Below, piece by piece: positions 37,323 through 47,337 of a stretch of DNA of 64,000 nucleotides. Below the pieces are notes generated by a model. It did not search any database. It was not told the origin of the DNA and saw nothing but the letters and a program-made list of their open reading frames with translations. The first letter of the stretch is position 1. Each line of letters opens with the position of its first letter. The position numbers were made by a program, and so were the translations under genes. The DNA lies in the NCBI GenBank assembly GCA_963676915.2, contig CAXXVK010000043.1, positions 96,001-160,000 of the forward strand, read 5' to 3'. This stretch comes from Myxococcota bacterium. GTDB taxonomy: Bacteria > Myxococcota_A > SURF-8 > G963663525.

Positions 37323-38530
37323 GATTCCTTCCTTGGTTCAGGGTTCGATTCGTTCAAAGATCTCTCCAGTTTTCTGTAAAAACTCTCGATGGAAACGTTT
37401 TTGTCTTCTACGTGAAACACGTGGTCGAAGCGCCCGAGCTGCTGCTCGATTTCGCTGTCACAGAGTCCTCGGACTCCCAAAAGGTACAGTCTTGCTTTGG
37501 CCGGTTCGGTCGGGTTGTCGAGCAACGCCCGGATGTGGCCCTTTCCCTGGGCTTCGAGTAGTCCGAGTTCGTCCACCACCAGCACATCACTGTTCGTTTT
37601 CGCCTGCGCGATACGTTGCGCTGCCCAGAACCAGCCTTTGGGATCGAAAGCGAAGCCCATCTGTCCGGGGTTCTTTTTATCGCGTTTTTGCGCGAACGGA
37701 CGCAAGCTGTTGTCCGATGGATCGAGAAGGTTGTAACCGGTCTTTTTGCCATCATCGAAAATGCCGGGTTGTATCACGCCACCCACCGAATATCCGTGTT
37801 CTTCCAGCGAGGCGATGAGTTTTTGCAGCGTGGCGGTTTTTCCCACGCCTTTATGACCGACTACCGCTGCGACAACGGGACGTCGTTCCATGCTTCGATC
37901 TCCTTGGGAAAGTCCGGGAACTCCTCCGCCGCGTTCGGCCATTTGCTCGGCGAACATGGCGGTTCGAACGATGGCATGTTGTGCCACGGCTACGAGTTTT
38001 TTTGAATAGGCCAGCTTTCCGGGACGCGTGTTATACGAGGAAAAATCGGCGGTCAGCCGGTCTTTCAGAACCGGGATCAATCCAAGCGCCACTTGCACGG
38101 CCAAGGTGATTTTTTCCAGGCCGACCCGCGCCGCCAGGCGTTGGATATGACCGAAATTCAGGTTGCGGCTGGCCCACATCACCAGGCCGAAAATGAAGGC
38201 TCCGCGGGCGATCATCAAGCCTCCGGCCTCCAGTCCGTAAAGACTGAAAGCGATCCCTCCCAATTCGATATCTCTCGGACCCAGTACGAGGCCGCTGGCC
38301 AGCGCGAACACCAGAGTAGCGAACCAGAAACGCGGTAGCCACATGCGTCGGAGCACCAGCCGGTCATAGGCCAGCAGGTTGAGCAACCACAGTCCCAACG
38401 CGGCCGCAGACATCCAGAACTCACCGCGAAACTGCATGATCAGGCACAACAGCGCCATCCACCCGGCAATGGAATTCCCCGTGTTTTTCGGTGCTTCACT
38501 CAACATCCGAATGTTCGTTGCACGGTTCAT
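37319..38530 (-). CDS. EcfT/CbiQ-like transmembrane domain fused to THEP1/DUF2478-type P-loop NTPase
   Basis: N-terminal TM helices with GL..G....R, AL..IP.L and AEQMAERG coupling-like helix; C-terminal Walker A GHKGVGKT, VGG, GY.L.D, Walker B VLVVDELG.LE..G.G. ATGA overlap with the upstream stop. Confidence 0.75.
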   Translation of the reverse strand: MNRATNIRMLSEAPKNTGNSIAGWMALLCLIMQFRGEFWMSAAALGLWLLNLLAYDRLVLRRMWLPRFWFATLVFALASGLVLGPRDIELGGIAFSLYGLEAGGLMIARGAFIFGLVMWASRNLNFGHIQRLAARVGLEKITLAVQVALGLIPVLKDRLTADFSSYNTRPGKLAYSKKLVAVAQHAIVRTAMFAEQMAERGGGVPGLSQGDRSMERRPVVAAVVGHKGVGKTATLQKLIASLEEHGYSVGGVIQPGIFDDGKKTGYNLLDPSDNSLRPFAQKRDKKNPGQMGFAFDPKGWFWAAQRIAQAKTNSDVLVVDELGLLEAQGKGHIRALLDNPTEPAKARLYLLGVRGLCDSEIEQQLGRFDHVFHVEDKNVSIESFYRKLERSLNESNPEPRKES

Positions 38531-39159
38531 GCGAGGTCCGTCCTGCTCCATTTACGATGCAATTCCTCTTTGGCGCTTTGTCCGAGCCTCAGACCAAGCA
38601 ACCCACCTGCGACACCCAATAGGGTAACAACGGACAGGAATACGGCCAGCGCCCACCAGCCGACGATATCGCCCAGACCGAGCGCTCGACCGGCTTTTTG
38701 CAGCAACACCACGTACAGCTCGATCAATTTTTCACTGTAAATCAGCCAAAGATAGGCTATTTGCTGAAAAACCGACCACATTGCTGCCAAAACGCCTCCA
38801 AGCGTTGCCGAAACGATGGAAATCGGAACGAGGCTCAAGGCCAACTCGACCATCAGCGATTCGGCCAGAATTCCCACCATCGGTTGGATGATGATGCCTC
38901 CCGGACTGATGGATTTACACATGGCGGCGATCACACCCGTCGCCAGGCTGATTCCCGGTTTGGAAATGAGTTGGCGTTGAGCTACCAGAACGGCGGCTCC
39001 GACCGCTGCCAGTCCTACACCTGCGAACGGCAGACGCAACGACATCAAAAACGAGCCGATGGTGATTTCGCAAAATCCCCACAGTGCGCCGAAAGCGGTG
39101 GCATAAGCCCAGAATCGTGCGGAATCGCGGCTGTTTTTCGTTTTCTGAGAAGGGGTCAT
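38527..39159 (-). CDS. Integral membrane protein, putative ECF S-component-like
   Basis: About 210 aa, 5-6 TM helices, Gly/Ala-rich, ALWG..EI..GS...LP..G and KPG...TG.IAA..K motifs; first gene of the operon. Confidence 0.65.
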   Translation of the reverse strand: MTPSQKTKNSRDSARFWAYATAFGALWGFCEITIGSFLMSLRLPFAGVGLAAVGAAVLVAQRQLISKPGISLATGVIAAMCKSISPGGIIIQPMVGILAESLMVELALSLVPISIVSATLGGVLAAMWSVFQQIAYLWLIYSEKLIELYVVLLQKAGRALGLGDIVGWWALAVFLSVVTLLGVAGGLLGLRLGQSAKEELHRKWSRTDLA

Positions 39160-39175
39160 CCCGAATTCCGTGGTG

Positions 39176-39217
39176 ATTATAATAGGAGAACCGTTATGTT
39201 CATCCCGATATAACGGA
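39176..39217 (-). promoter_or_regulatory. -10 box (TATAAT) plus ModE-box-like operator over the -35 region
   Basis: Minus-strand TATAAT at 39176-39181; palindrome CCGTTAT-N12-ATAACGG at 39191-39216 with the spacing of the ModE consensus. Confidence 0.7.
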
Positions 39218-39257
39218 AAACCGTAAAAAAGGCACGAAAATTCGGCGAGAATGTGCG

Positions 39258-39656
39258 CTAAAAAAGGAGGCGGTGACGGTAACGGCGGGGTAGGTGGGCT
39301 CCGATGCCGGCAATCAGGAATACGACGATCATCAATGTCCCCGCGTGGTCACGAAACAGGGGAAGGGTGAGCAAAATCAGGATCTTGACGATGGTAGACC
39401 ACCCCGCGACCTCGCGATACAATTGGCGATGGCGGGCGAATTCGGTGCCGATCAGCACGAGTCCGCTGGCCAGAGTCACCCAGACGTAAGGCAGCATCAG
39501 CGAGCGCTCGACCCCGAACAAATACCCGCCAAGCAGCGCACCGGCACCGATCAGATGAACGGCGCGAACGAAAACCGAACCGGTACGCAGCCATTGCGGG
39601 CGGTCGCCGGTTCGGCCTAGTTTCACATCGGTAGGTTTCGTTCGATCATTGGCCAT
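39258..39656 (-). CDS. Small hypothetical membrane protein (about 4 TM)
   Basis: 132-aa hydrophobic ORF directly downstream of purF; R..HL.G...L.GG, LASG, K, H.P...RH pattern. Confidence 0.75.
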   Translation of the reverse strand: MANDRTKPTDVKLGRTGDRPQWLRTGSVFVRAVHLIGAGALLGGYLFGVERSLMLPYVWVTLASGLVLIGTEFARHRQLYREVAGWSTIVKILILLTLPLFRDHAGTLMIVVFLIAGIGAHLPRRYRHRLLF

Positions 39657-39689
39657 GAAAGGAAAACCTTTCAGGAATTTTACGAATGT

Positions 39690-41084
39690 TTACTCTTTCA
39701 CTTTGCGCTTGCGGCGTTCGGTTTTCGGCACCTCTACCGGATATTTCCCGGAGAAACAGGCGTGGCAGAACCTTTCCGGCTCTTGACCGGTCGAAGCGAT
39801 CATGCCATCGATCGACAGGTACGCTAGCGTAGATGCGCCGATTTTGCGGCAAATACCTTCCACGGTATTGTTGGCGGCAAGCAATTCTTCTTCCGAAGGC
39901 GTATCGATGCCGTAATAACAGGGGGATTTCGTTGGCGGAGCACTGATGCGCACGTGGACTTCCCTTGCTCCGGCAGCCCAGAAAAGTTGCACGAGTTTCT
40001 CTGAGGTCGTGCCTCGTACGATCGAATCGTCGATGACCACCACGCGCTTCCCTCGGATGAGCGACTCGACCGGGCCGAGCTTCAACTTTACGCCGAAATG
40101 GCGGATATTGCTGGATGGCTCAATGAAGGTACGGCCCACGTAGTGGCTGCGGATCAGTCCCATTTCGAAAGGAATTCCGGACTCTTCCGCGTATCCGATA
40201 GCCGCCGCAACGCCCGAGTCCGGCACCGGAACGACGAGATCCGCTTCGACGGGAGATTCTTTGGCCAGCGCCCGACCCATGCGCTTACGGCTTTCGTAGA
40301 CATTCGAGCCGAACAGGAACGAATCGGGACGGGCGAAATAGACGTGCTCGAAAATGCAATTGGCCTGCCGTGGGCTTTCTTGAAGCTTGCGGCTGCACAT
40401 GGATTTTCCCTTGATGACGATCATCTCGCCGGGATGAATCTCACGCACGTATTGACCTTCGATAAGACCCAACGCCGTGGTTTCACTCGCCACAACCCAC
40501 GAACCGTTCAATTTGCCCAGAATCAGCGGGCGGAAGCCGAAGCGGTCCCGTGCGGCGATGATTTTGTCTTCCTTGATGAACACGAGGCTGTAGGCGCCTT
40601 CGACCTGCTGGAGCGCCTCGGCGATACGGTCCTGCGCCAGTTCGTGCTTAGAACGGGCGATCAGGTGGAGAATCACCTCGGTGTCGGAGGTGGTGCGGAA
40701 AATCGAACCTCGTGCTTCCAACTCGGAACGCAGCCGATTGGCATTGACGAGATTGCCGTTGTGGGCAATGGCCAGTTGTCCGCCCCAATAGCCGATCAAA
40801 AACGGCTGGGCGTTTTTCAGGTGGCTGGTACCGGAGGTGGAATAGCGAACGTGCCCGATGGCGGAGCGTCCCGGAAGTTTTTCGATCACGTCGGGGGTGA
40901 AAATATCGCTCACCAGCCCCATTTGCCGGTGAATGTAGATATGTTCGCCGTCTGCCGAGCAGATTCCCGCGCTTTCCTGTCCACGGTGCTGGAGGCCGTG
41001 CAAACCCAGGTAGGCATATTTCGAAGCCTCTTCGTGGTCCGCAATCGCGAATACTCCACATTCCTCGTGAATTTCACCGGACAT
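39690..41084 (-). CDS. purF: Amidophosphoribosyltransferase
   Basis: EECGVF, LQHRGQE, GHVRYST, HNGN, CIFE.VYFARPDS, VIDDSIVRGTT. Confidence 0.98.
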   Translation of the reverse strand: MSGEIHEECGVFAIADHEEASKYAYLGLHGLQHRGQESAGICSADGEHIYIHRQMGLVSDIFTPDVIEKLPGRSAIGHVRYSTSGTSHLKNAQPFLIGYWGGQLAIAHNGNLVNANRLRSELEARGSIFRTTSDTEVILHLIARSKHELAQDRIAEALQQVEGAYSLVFIKEDKIIAARDRFGFRPLILGKLNGSWVVASETTALGLIEGQYVREIHPGEMIVIKGKSMCSRKLQESPRQANCIFEHVYFARPDSFLFGSNVYESRKRMGRALAKESPVEADLVVPVPDSGVAAAIGYAEESGIPFEMGLIRSHYVGRTFIEPSSNIRHFGVKLKLGPVESLIRGKRVVVIDDSIVRGTTSEKLVQLFWAAGAREVHVRISAPPTKSPCYYGIDTPSEEELLAANNTVEGICRKIGASTLAYLSIDGMIASTGQEPERFCHACFSGKYPVEVPKTERRKRKVKE

Positions 41085-41099
41085 CGTTTCGCCTTTCTC

Positions 41100-43316
41100 T
41101 CAGTCTCCAGCAATTTTTGGAACCGTACCACTCCAGGCACGATACAATTCGTCAAGCGACAGGTTGAAATAGGGGTCGAATGCCAGTCGATCCCCACCGA
41201 CACGCCCCAGATGAGCCGTCTCGATTCCCAATCGACCCGCCAGCGTCATCAGTGCATCGATGGATTCAGCGGGTGAAGACACGATGGCTCGGGAGGTATC
41301 CTCGCCGAAGAAGTAGAAGTCACTGCGTCGTATGCGCGCCTGGTGGGTGACGGTCAATCCCAGACCCGGACCTTCGGGTTTGAGGCAGCATTCCGCCAGA
41401 GCTACGGCCAAACCACCGTCGCTGATGTCATGTGTACTGGACAACAGGTGTTCTTTGGCGGCTTGTCGCAGGAATTTTTGCAGGCGTTTTTCGGTGTCTG
41501 TATCGATCGCGGGCGGGCAACCGGCAACCTTTCCATGGATGACGGAAAGGTACTCGCTGCCTCCGATATGGCCTTGGGTCGAACCGAGCAAAAGAACATG
41601 GTCGCCGGTCTGTTCGAAATGGGAACCGACCACGTGATTCATATCCTCGACCAGTCCTGCCATAGCGACAGCGGGAGTCGGATAAATGGCTTTGCCATCG
41701 GTTTCGTTATAGAAACTCACGTTACCCGAAATGACCGGTGTGTCGAAGTCTTTGCAGGCTTCCGACATACCTTCGACCGCTTGGGCGAATTGCCACATGA
41801 TTTCCGGTTTTTCCGGGTTGCCGAAGTTCAGGCAGTCGGTAATTGCCAATGGTAACGCACCGGAACAACTCAGGTTTCTCGCGGCTTCAGCTACGGCGAG
41901 ATACGCTCCGGCTCGTGGGTCGAGGTAGCAGTATCGCGGGTTGCAGTCTACCGACATGCCGATCCCTTTGCGGGTTCCCTTGACACGTACCACCGCCGCA
42001 TCGCCGCCGGGGCGTTGGGCCGTGTTGGTATGTACCATATGATCGTATTGACGCCAGACCCATTTGTCGAGAGCCAGGTTGGGAGAGGCCATCATGTCGA
42101 GCAACGTCTGTCCCAGATCCGTCGGTTCGGGCAGGGAATCCTCATCGAGTTGCTGTACTTCGTCCTGCCAGCCCGGTCGGATCTGGGGACGGTCGTACAT
42201 CGGCGCTTGATCGGAAATCGCGTTGACCGGCATATCTCCGACTTTTTCGCCCTGATAGTTGAGCACGAAGCGGCCATCGTCCGTCACGAGGCCAACCTCA
42301 TGGGCTTCCAAGTCCCATTTGCGGAAGATGTCGTAGACTTCTTTTTCCTGCCCGCGTTTGGCGACCAGCAGCATTCTTTCCTGGGATTCCGAGAGCATCA
42401 GCTCGTAGGCCGTCATGTTCTCTTCGCGGACGGGAATCTTGTCGAGATCGAGCACCATTCCCGTACCGGCCCGTTCGGCCATTTCCAAGGCAGAGGAGGT
42501 CAATCCGACCGCACCCATATCCTGAATGCCCACGAGACAGTCTTTTTCGAACAGTTCCATGCAGGCTTCGAGCAACAGTTTTTCCATGAAGGGGTCGCCG
42601 ACTTGCACGGTGGGGCGTTTGGCTTCGGTTTCGTCCGAAAATTCTTCCGAGGCCATAGTGGCACCGTGGATGCCGTCGCGTCCCGTTTTGGCTCCTACGT
42701 AAATCACGGGATTTCCGGGACCGGAGGCGAACCCTTTGAAAATGCGATCGTGGCGGACCAGACCCAGCGTGAAAGCGTTCACCAGAATGTTACCATTATA
42801 ACTGGGATCGAAGGTGGTTTCGCCGCCGACCGTCGGAACGCCGATGCAGTTTCCGTATCCGGCGATTCCGGCCACAACGCCTTGCAGCAGATACGGGGTT
42901 TTCGGGTGATCCGGCTCGCCGAAACGCAGGGAATTCAAGTTGGCGATGGGGCGCGCACCCATGGTGAAGACATCACGCAGGATACCACCCACGCCTGTCG
43001 CCGCACCCTGATAGGGTTCGATGTAGGACGGGTGATTGTGGCTTTCCATCTTGAAACAGATGGCCAAGTTGTCGCCGATATCGACGATACCCGCGTTTTC
43101 GCCCGGACCCTGGAGCACCTGCGGTCCCTCGGTGGGGAATTTACTCAAGTGAATTCGGGAGCTTTTGTAGGAGCAGTGTTCGCTCCACATCGAGGAGATG
43201 ACACCCAGTTCGGTGAACGTGGGTTCGCGCCCGAGGATGTCGAGCATCCGTTGCCATTCCTCGTCGGAAAGGCCGTGCTCGCGTATCAGTTCCGGGGTGA
43301 TTTTCGGTTCTTCCAC
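41100..43316 (-). CDS. purL: Phosphoribosylformylglycinamidine synthase subunit PurL
   Basis: [53 protein letters not shown]. Confidence 0.98.
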   Translation of the reverse strand: MEEPKITPELIREHGLSDEEWQRMLDILGREPTFTELGVISSMWSEHCSYKSSRIHLSKFPTEGPQVLQGPGENAGIVDIGDNLAICFKMESHNHPSYIEPYQGAATGVGGILRDVFTMGARPIANLNSLRFGEPDHPKTPYLLQGVVAGIAGYGNCIGVPTVGGETTFDPSYNGNILVNAFTLGLVRHDRIFKGFASGPGNPVIYVGAKTGRDGIHGATMASEEFSDETEAKRPTVQVGDPFMEKLLLEACMELFEKDCLVGIQDMGAVGLTSSALEMAERAGTGMVLDLDKIPVREENMTAYELMLSESQERMLLVAKRGQEKEVYDIFRKWDLEAHEVGLVTDDGRFVLNYQGEKVGDMPVNAISDQAPMYDRPQIRPGWQDEVQQLDEDSLPEPTDLGQTLLDMMASPNLALDKWVWRQYDHMVHTNTAQRPGGDAAVVRVKGTRKGIGMSVDCNPRYCYLDPRAGAYLAVAEAARNLSCSGALPLAITDCLNFGNPEKPEIMWQFAQAVEGMSEACKDFDTPVISGNVSFYNETDGKAIYPTPAVAMAGLVEDMNHVVGSHFEQTGDHVLLLGSTQGHIGGSEYLSVIHGKVAGCPPAIDTDTEKRLQKFLRQAAKEHLLSSTHDISDGGLAVALAECCLKPEGPGLGLTVTHQARIRRSDFYFFGEDTSRAIVSSPAESIDALMTLAGRLGIETAHLGRVGGDRLAFDPYFNLSLDELYRAWSGTVPKIAGD

Positions 43317-43318
43317 GA

Positions 43319-44017
43319 TTACACCCTTTCTTCGACCCAGCTTTGGATGGATTCAAACAACCGTCGTCCGTGCTCACCACCGAGGATCGACTCGGAGCAG
43401 CGCTCGGGATGCGGCATCATTCCCAGAACCGTTTTCGATTCGTTGCAGATTCCTGCAATATTTCGCAACGATCCGTTGGGATTGGCCGCCTCGACGATTT
43501 CGCCCTGTTTGTCGCAATAGCGGAACAGCACCTGACCCTCGCCTTCGAGACGATTGAGGGTTTCGGTATCGGCGAAATAGTTGCCTTCCATATGCGCGAT
43601 GGGAACCTGCACCTTTTCACCGGCTGTGAAGCGGCGAGTAAAGGGGCTGTCCGCGTGTTCCACCTTGAGATCCACGTATTCGCAGATGAATCGCAGGGAA
43701 CGATTGCGCATCAGTTTTCCGGGAAGCATTCCGGCTTCGGTGAGAATCTGGAAGCCGTTGCAGATGCCCAGCACCAGTCCGCCCTTGGCCGCGAATTTCT
43801 GAATCGCCGGAAGAATCGAGGCGAAACGCGCAATAGCGCCACAGCGCAGGTAATCCCCGTAGGAAAAACCGCCCGGCAGAATGACCAGATCGAGCGGAGG
43901 AAGCTTCTTTTCTTTGTGCCAGATCAATCTGGCATCCCAGCCCATCACACTTTGAGCCACGTGCAGACAGTCGTGGTCGCAGTTGGAGCCGGGGAATGTC
44001 ACGATGCCGCAGCGCAT
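43319..44017 (-). CDS. purQ: FGAM synthase glutaminase subunit PurQ
   Basis: [32 protein letters not shown]. Start 44017 (ATG) or 44023 (TTG). Confidence 0.97.
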   Translation of the reverse strand: MRCGIVTFPGSNCDHDCLHVAQSVMGWDARLIWHKEKKLPPLDLVILPGGFSYGDYLRCGAIARFASILPAIQKFAAKGGLVLGICNGFQILTEAGMLPGKLMRNRSLRFICEYVDLKVEHADSPFTRRFTAGEKVQVPIAHMEGNYFADTETLNRLEGEGQVLFRYCDKQGEIVEAANPNGSLRNIAGICNESKTVLGMMPHPERCSESILGGEHGRRLFESIQSWVEERV

Positions 44018-44019
44018 CT

Positions 44020-44256
44020 TCAACCCTCCAATTCGACTCGGAAATCCTCGATGATCGGATTGGCCAGCAACTGGTCGCTGAGTTTGAGCATACGCTCCTC
44101 GGCGGATTCCACGGAATCCAGTTCGACCTCGAAATACTTGCCTTGTCGGACGCTTTTTACCTCGTCGTATCCCAGAGAGACGGCGGCACGCGCCACGGCC
44201 TGTCCCTGAGGATCGAGGACGCCGGTTTTCAATGTGACAAAAACCTTGGCTTTCAT
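44020..44256 (-). CDS. purS: FGAM synthase subunit PurS
   Basis: [24 protein letters not shown]. Confidence 0.96.
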   Translation of the reverse strand: MKAKVFVTLKTGVLDPQGQAVARAAVSLGYDEVKSVRQGKYFEVELDSVESAEERMLKLSDQLLANPIIEDFRVELEG

Positions 44257-44368
44257 GAACTTACCTCGTTTGTATACATCGGTTACGATGAACGACACCC
44301 GAAAAGGTCATGCGTGTACCATGCATCCGCTTTCAGGTCAATCCTTTCGTCCATTTCCTTACTGTTTG

Positions 44369-44569
44369 GGGTGCATCACAAAATAGTGCGACTTTCGTAA
44401 AATCCTCTTTTTTCGTAGCGGCGAGGCGTAAGCCCGCCGTTTTTGCCTTTTGAAAGTTGCTTTTATGCCCCAATCTCCTTTTTCGGCGGGCTTACGCCTC
44501 GCCGCTACAACCAAATGAATGAATGATTCAATATTATTGGGCCAATTCGCACCATTTTGTGATGCACCC
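44369..44569. mobile_element. MITE copy 2 (201 bp)
   Basis: Same TIRs and internal REP doublet as 18801-19002, about 5 differences; flanks tactgtttg / ttctgattg match only 7/9. Confidence 0.85.
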
Positions 44570-44735
44570 TTCTGATTGTAGATATTTTGGAAAAGCGAAG
44601 ACGACCGAAGAAACTTTTCGTCATTTCGAAATCTACATGTTATGAACGGTGGGTGTTTTTCCCGGACTTCGCTCGGGATATTTCGAATGTCCGCTTTTAC
44701 CCGACCGTCCGTCGGTCTTGCTTTCGAATCAAGGC

Positions 44736-47291
44736 ATGAAAAAGATTCTGGAATACTGGCAACGATTCGTGATCCGCTACGTTCGGATTTCACAACGCCA
44801 TCCTTATGTATTGCTGGCGATTTTTTTCGCTTTTGCGCTGGTTGGTATCCGGCTTGCCGCGACGGGAATAGCTGTCGAGACGGACCTTGCCGCGCTATTG
44901 CCCGAAAACACGCCCTCGGTGCGGGCGCTGGAAATGAGCGAAACACGGATCGGCTCGATCGATTTTTTCACCATCGCCATGCAGAGTCAGGCCGGTAATA
45001 CCGATGCCATCGTAAAAGTTCAGGATCTTCTCAAAGCACGGATCGAAGCCGAATGGAAAGACGCCCAATGGGTGCAAGTTGAACGCGACACGACGTTTTT
45101 CAAAGAACATGCTCTCTATTACCTGAAAACGGCGGATCTGGAAGACCTGCTGGACCGTCTGGACTACGAATTCACTACCACCGTGGCGGACAAAGTGCCC
45201 GGAATGATTAACTTTCTCGATGATGGTGACGGAACCGAAGGGTTGGACCATTGGTACCGGGAAGAGATCGTCACGAGTCTGGGGCTTCCTCCGCAGGTCG
45301 AGCAGTCGTTCAACGATTTTTTCAAGGAACAAACAGACGAAAAAGAGCAAGATTCGGACGAATCGCCAAAACTTCCGTCGAAATACGCCGACCGGTTGAT
45401 CAGTCCCGAAGGGGATATCGGCGTGGTGCTGGTGCAACTCGACAAACCGTCGATGGATATCGATTTTACCCGAGTCGCCATGGCGAGGGGAGAAAAACTG
45501 ATCGACGAGATCGATCCGAAGTCCATCGATCCGACGATGACGGTCCAAGTCGTCGGAGCGTACCGAAAATTCAAGGAAGTGGACGCCATCAGCCGCGATG
45601 GCACGCTGGCGACAATTATCAGCGTCGTGCTCGTTCTGATGCTGATTCTTGTGTTTTTCCGGTCATTTCGGACGATTGCAGTCGTGTTTTTTCCGCTGTT
45701 CGTTGCTGCGAGCGTGACGATGGGCGTGGTTGCGCTGACGTTCGGTCGATTGACGGTGCTGACCGTGTTCATTCTGGCGCTGTTGGTGGGAATGGGCATC
45801 GATTACGGTATTCACTTGTATGGCAGGATTCTTCTCAACGCCCGGCGGGGTACCGAGTTGGATGTTGCCTGTCGCCGAAGCCTTTTTTCTACCGGTCGGG
45901 CGTTGTTGATGGCGGCATTGACGACCATTGCTTCCTTGATGACGCTTCTTTTCGGGCATTTTCAAGGGTTTAGGGAGTTTGGGATTGCTGCTTCCTATGG
46001 ACTCGTATTCTGCGTGGGTGCTTCGATTCTGGTGATTCCACCAATGATCTTTGCCCTTCAGCGTTTGCGACCCATTCGCGTCGTTTCGGAGCGAAATTCT
46101 TTAGAAAACGAAAAGACGGAGCTTTCCAAAAGTGCTTTGAGTACCTGGATGCCACGGGCGTTTTTCTTTGGCATTCTTTTAACGTTGGCGCTGGGGTGGT
46201 TCGTCCCTCGCGTGATTTTCGAGTACGACATCCGCAACCTGACCGCTAGCGAAACGCATACGCTTATCGATTATCTTCGAGCGCTCGGCAAAGATGCCAG
46301 TACGACACCCGGCGTCATTATGGCGTCCAGTCGGGAGCAGATGAAGAAAGTCCATGCACATCTGTTGAAGCGCCTTGTAGAAGATCACGATCCGACGCTG
46401 ACGAGCTTTATTACCTACTATACGTTCGTTCCTCCGATGGAGGATCAAGAAGAACGGCAGGAAATCATCAACGAAATCGGGGATATCGTTCACACCCGCG
46501 CCATGCAGAAGCTTACAGGCGAGAAAAAACGCCTGGTCGATGAATTGACGACCATGGCGGATGCCAAGCCTTTCGACCACAAAGATCTGCCGGACTGGGC
46601 AAGCCGGATCGTGACCGAAGCAGACGGAAGTGTCGGTAAAATCGGGCACTTATACGCGAAAATCGACAATTGGAACGTGTATTCGGGACAGGAGTTTTTC
46701 GAGCAATACGGCGATTTTCACATCGATGGAGAGTGGTTGCCGGTGGCCAACAGCCGGTTCATTCTTTCGGATGTGGTTTCGATGGTGAAAAAGGACGGTC
46801 TGCGTCTGCTCGTGCTGGTAAGTCTGGCGCTGATCGTGATTCTATTCCTGTTTACCCGAAGAATATCGGGTACTTGCATTCTTTTCGGTGTGCTTGCTCT
46901 GTCGTCTTTGTGGACAGCAGGGATCATGGGACTTGCTAATATCCGGTTAAGTTTGTATAACATTATCGTGATTCCGGTGATTTTAGGTGTAGGCATTGAC
47001 GGAGCGATCCATCTTTATCACCGGCATCTCGACCCACGTTCGAAAGGTTTAGCCGATACGTTACGCTCCACCGGTGTGACCGTGACGGCAAGTAGTTGGA
47101 CTACGATGGCCGGTTTCATGGGATTGCTGTTCGTGGAACACAAAGGGCTGAAAACCATTGGAATGCTGGGAAGCATAGGTGTCGCCTTAAGTTGGTTCGG
47201 CGTGATGGTTTTATTGCCGTTCTTGCTCGACCGCTTTATCCGACCGCCTGAAAACGAAACGGCGAAAGGGCTTAAGGCCAAAGCTGCATGA
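44736..47291 (+). CDS. MMPL/RND-family lipid transporter (HpnN-like)
   Basis: Two homologous halves with GMGIDYGIH and GVGIDGAIH TM4/TM10 motifs; D..ALLP start of the first loop. Confidence 0.88.
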   Translation: MKKILEYWQRFVIRYVRISQRHPYVLLAIFFAFALVGIRLAATGIAVETDLAALLPENTPSVRALEMSETRIGSIDFFTIAMQSQAGNTDAIVKVQDLLKARIEAEWKDAQWVQVERDTTFFKEHALYYLKTADLEDLLDRLDYEFTTTVADKVPGMINFLDDGDGTEGLDHWYREEIVTSLGLPPQVEQSFNDFFKEQTDEKEQDSDESPKLPSKYADRLISPEGDIGVVLVQLDKPSMDIDFTRVAMARGEKLIDEIDPKSIDPTMTVQVVGAYRKFKEVDAISRDGTLATIISVVLVLMLILVFFRSFRTIAVVFFPLFVAASVTMGVVALTFGRLTVLTVFILALLVGMGIDYGIHLYGRILLNARRGTELDVACRRSLFSTGRALLMAALTTIASLMTLLFGHFQGFREFGIAASYGLVFCVGASILVIPPMIFALQRLRPIRVVSERNSLENEKTELSKSALSTWMPRAFFFGILLTLALGWFVPRVIFEYDIRNLTASETHTLIDYLRALGKDASTTPGVIMASSREQMKKVHAHLLKRLVEDHDPTLTSFITYYTFVPPMEDQEERQEIINEIGDIVHTRAMQKLTGEKKRLVDELTTMADAKPFDHKDLPDWASRIVTEADGSVGKIGHLYAKIDNWNVYSGQEFFEQYGDFHIDGEWLPVANSRFILSDVVSMVKKDGLRLLVLVSLALIVILFLFTRRISGTCILFGVLALSSLWTAGIMGLANIRLSLYNIIVIPVILGVGIDGAIHLYHRHLDPRSKGLADTLRSTGVTVTASSWTTMAGFMGLLFVEHKGLKTIGMLGSIGVALSWFGVMVLLPFLLDRFIRPPENETAKGLKAKAA

Positions 47292-47337
47292 ACCCACAAT
47301 CCGGCTTTCCACCGGACCCGACCGGAGAATCCTACCG

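Noticed and set aside
39160-39257. Cobalamin or Moco riboswitch ahead of the TonB/ECF-like operon
   Set aside because: The intergenic region is under 100 bp, the -10 box is only about 16 bp from the ATG, and no B12-box or aptamer motif is seen; a DNA operator fits better.
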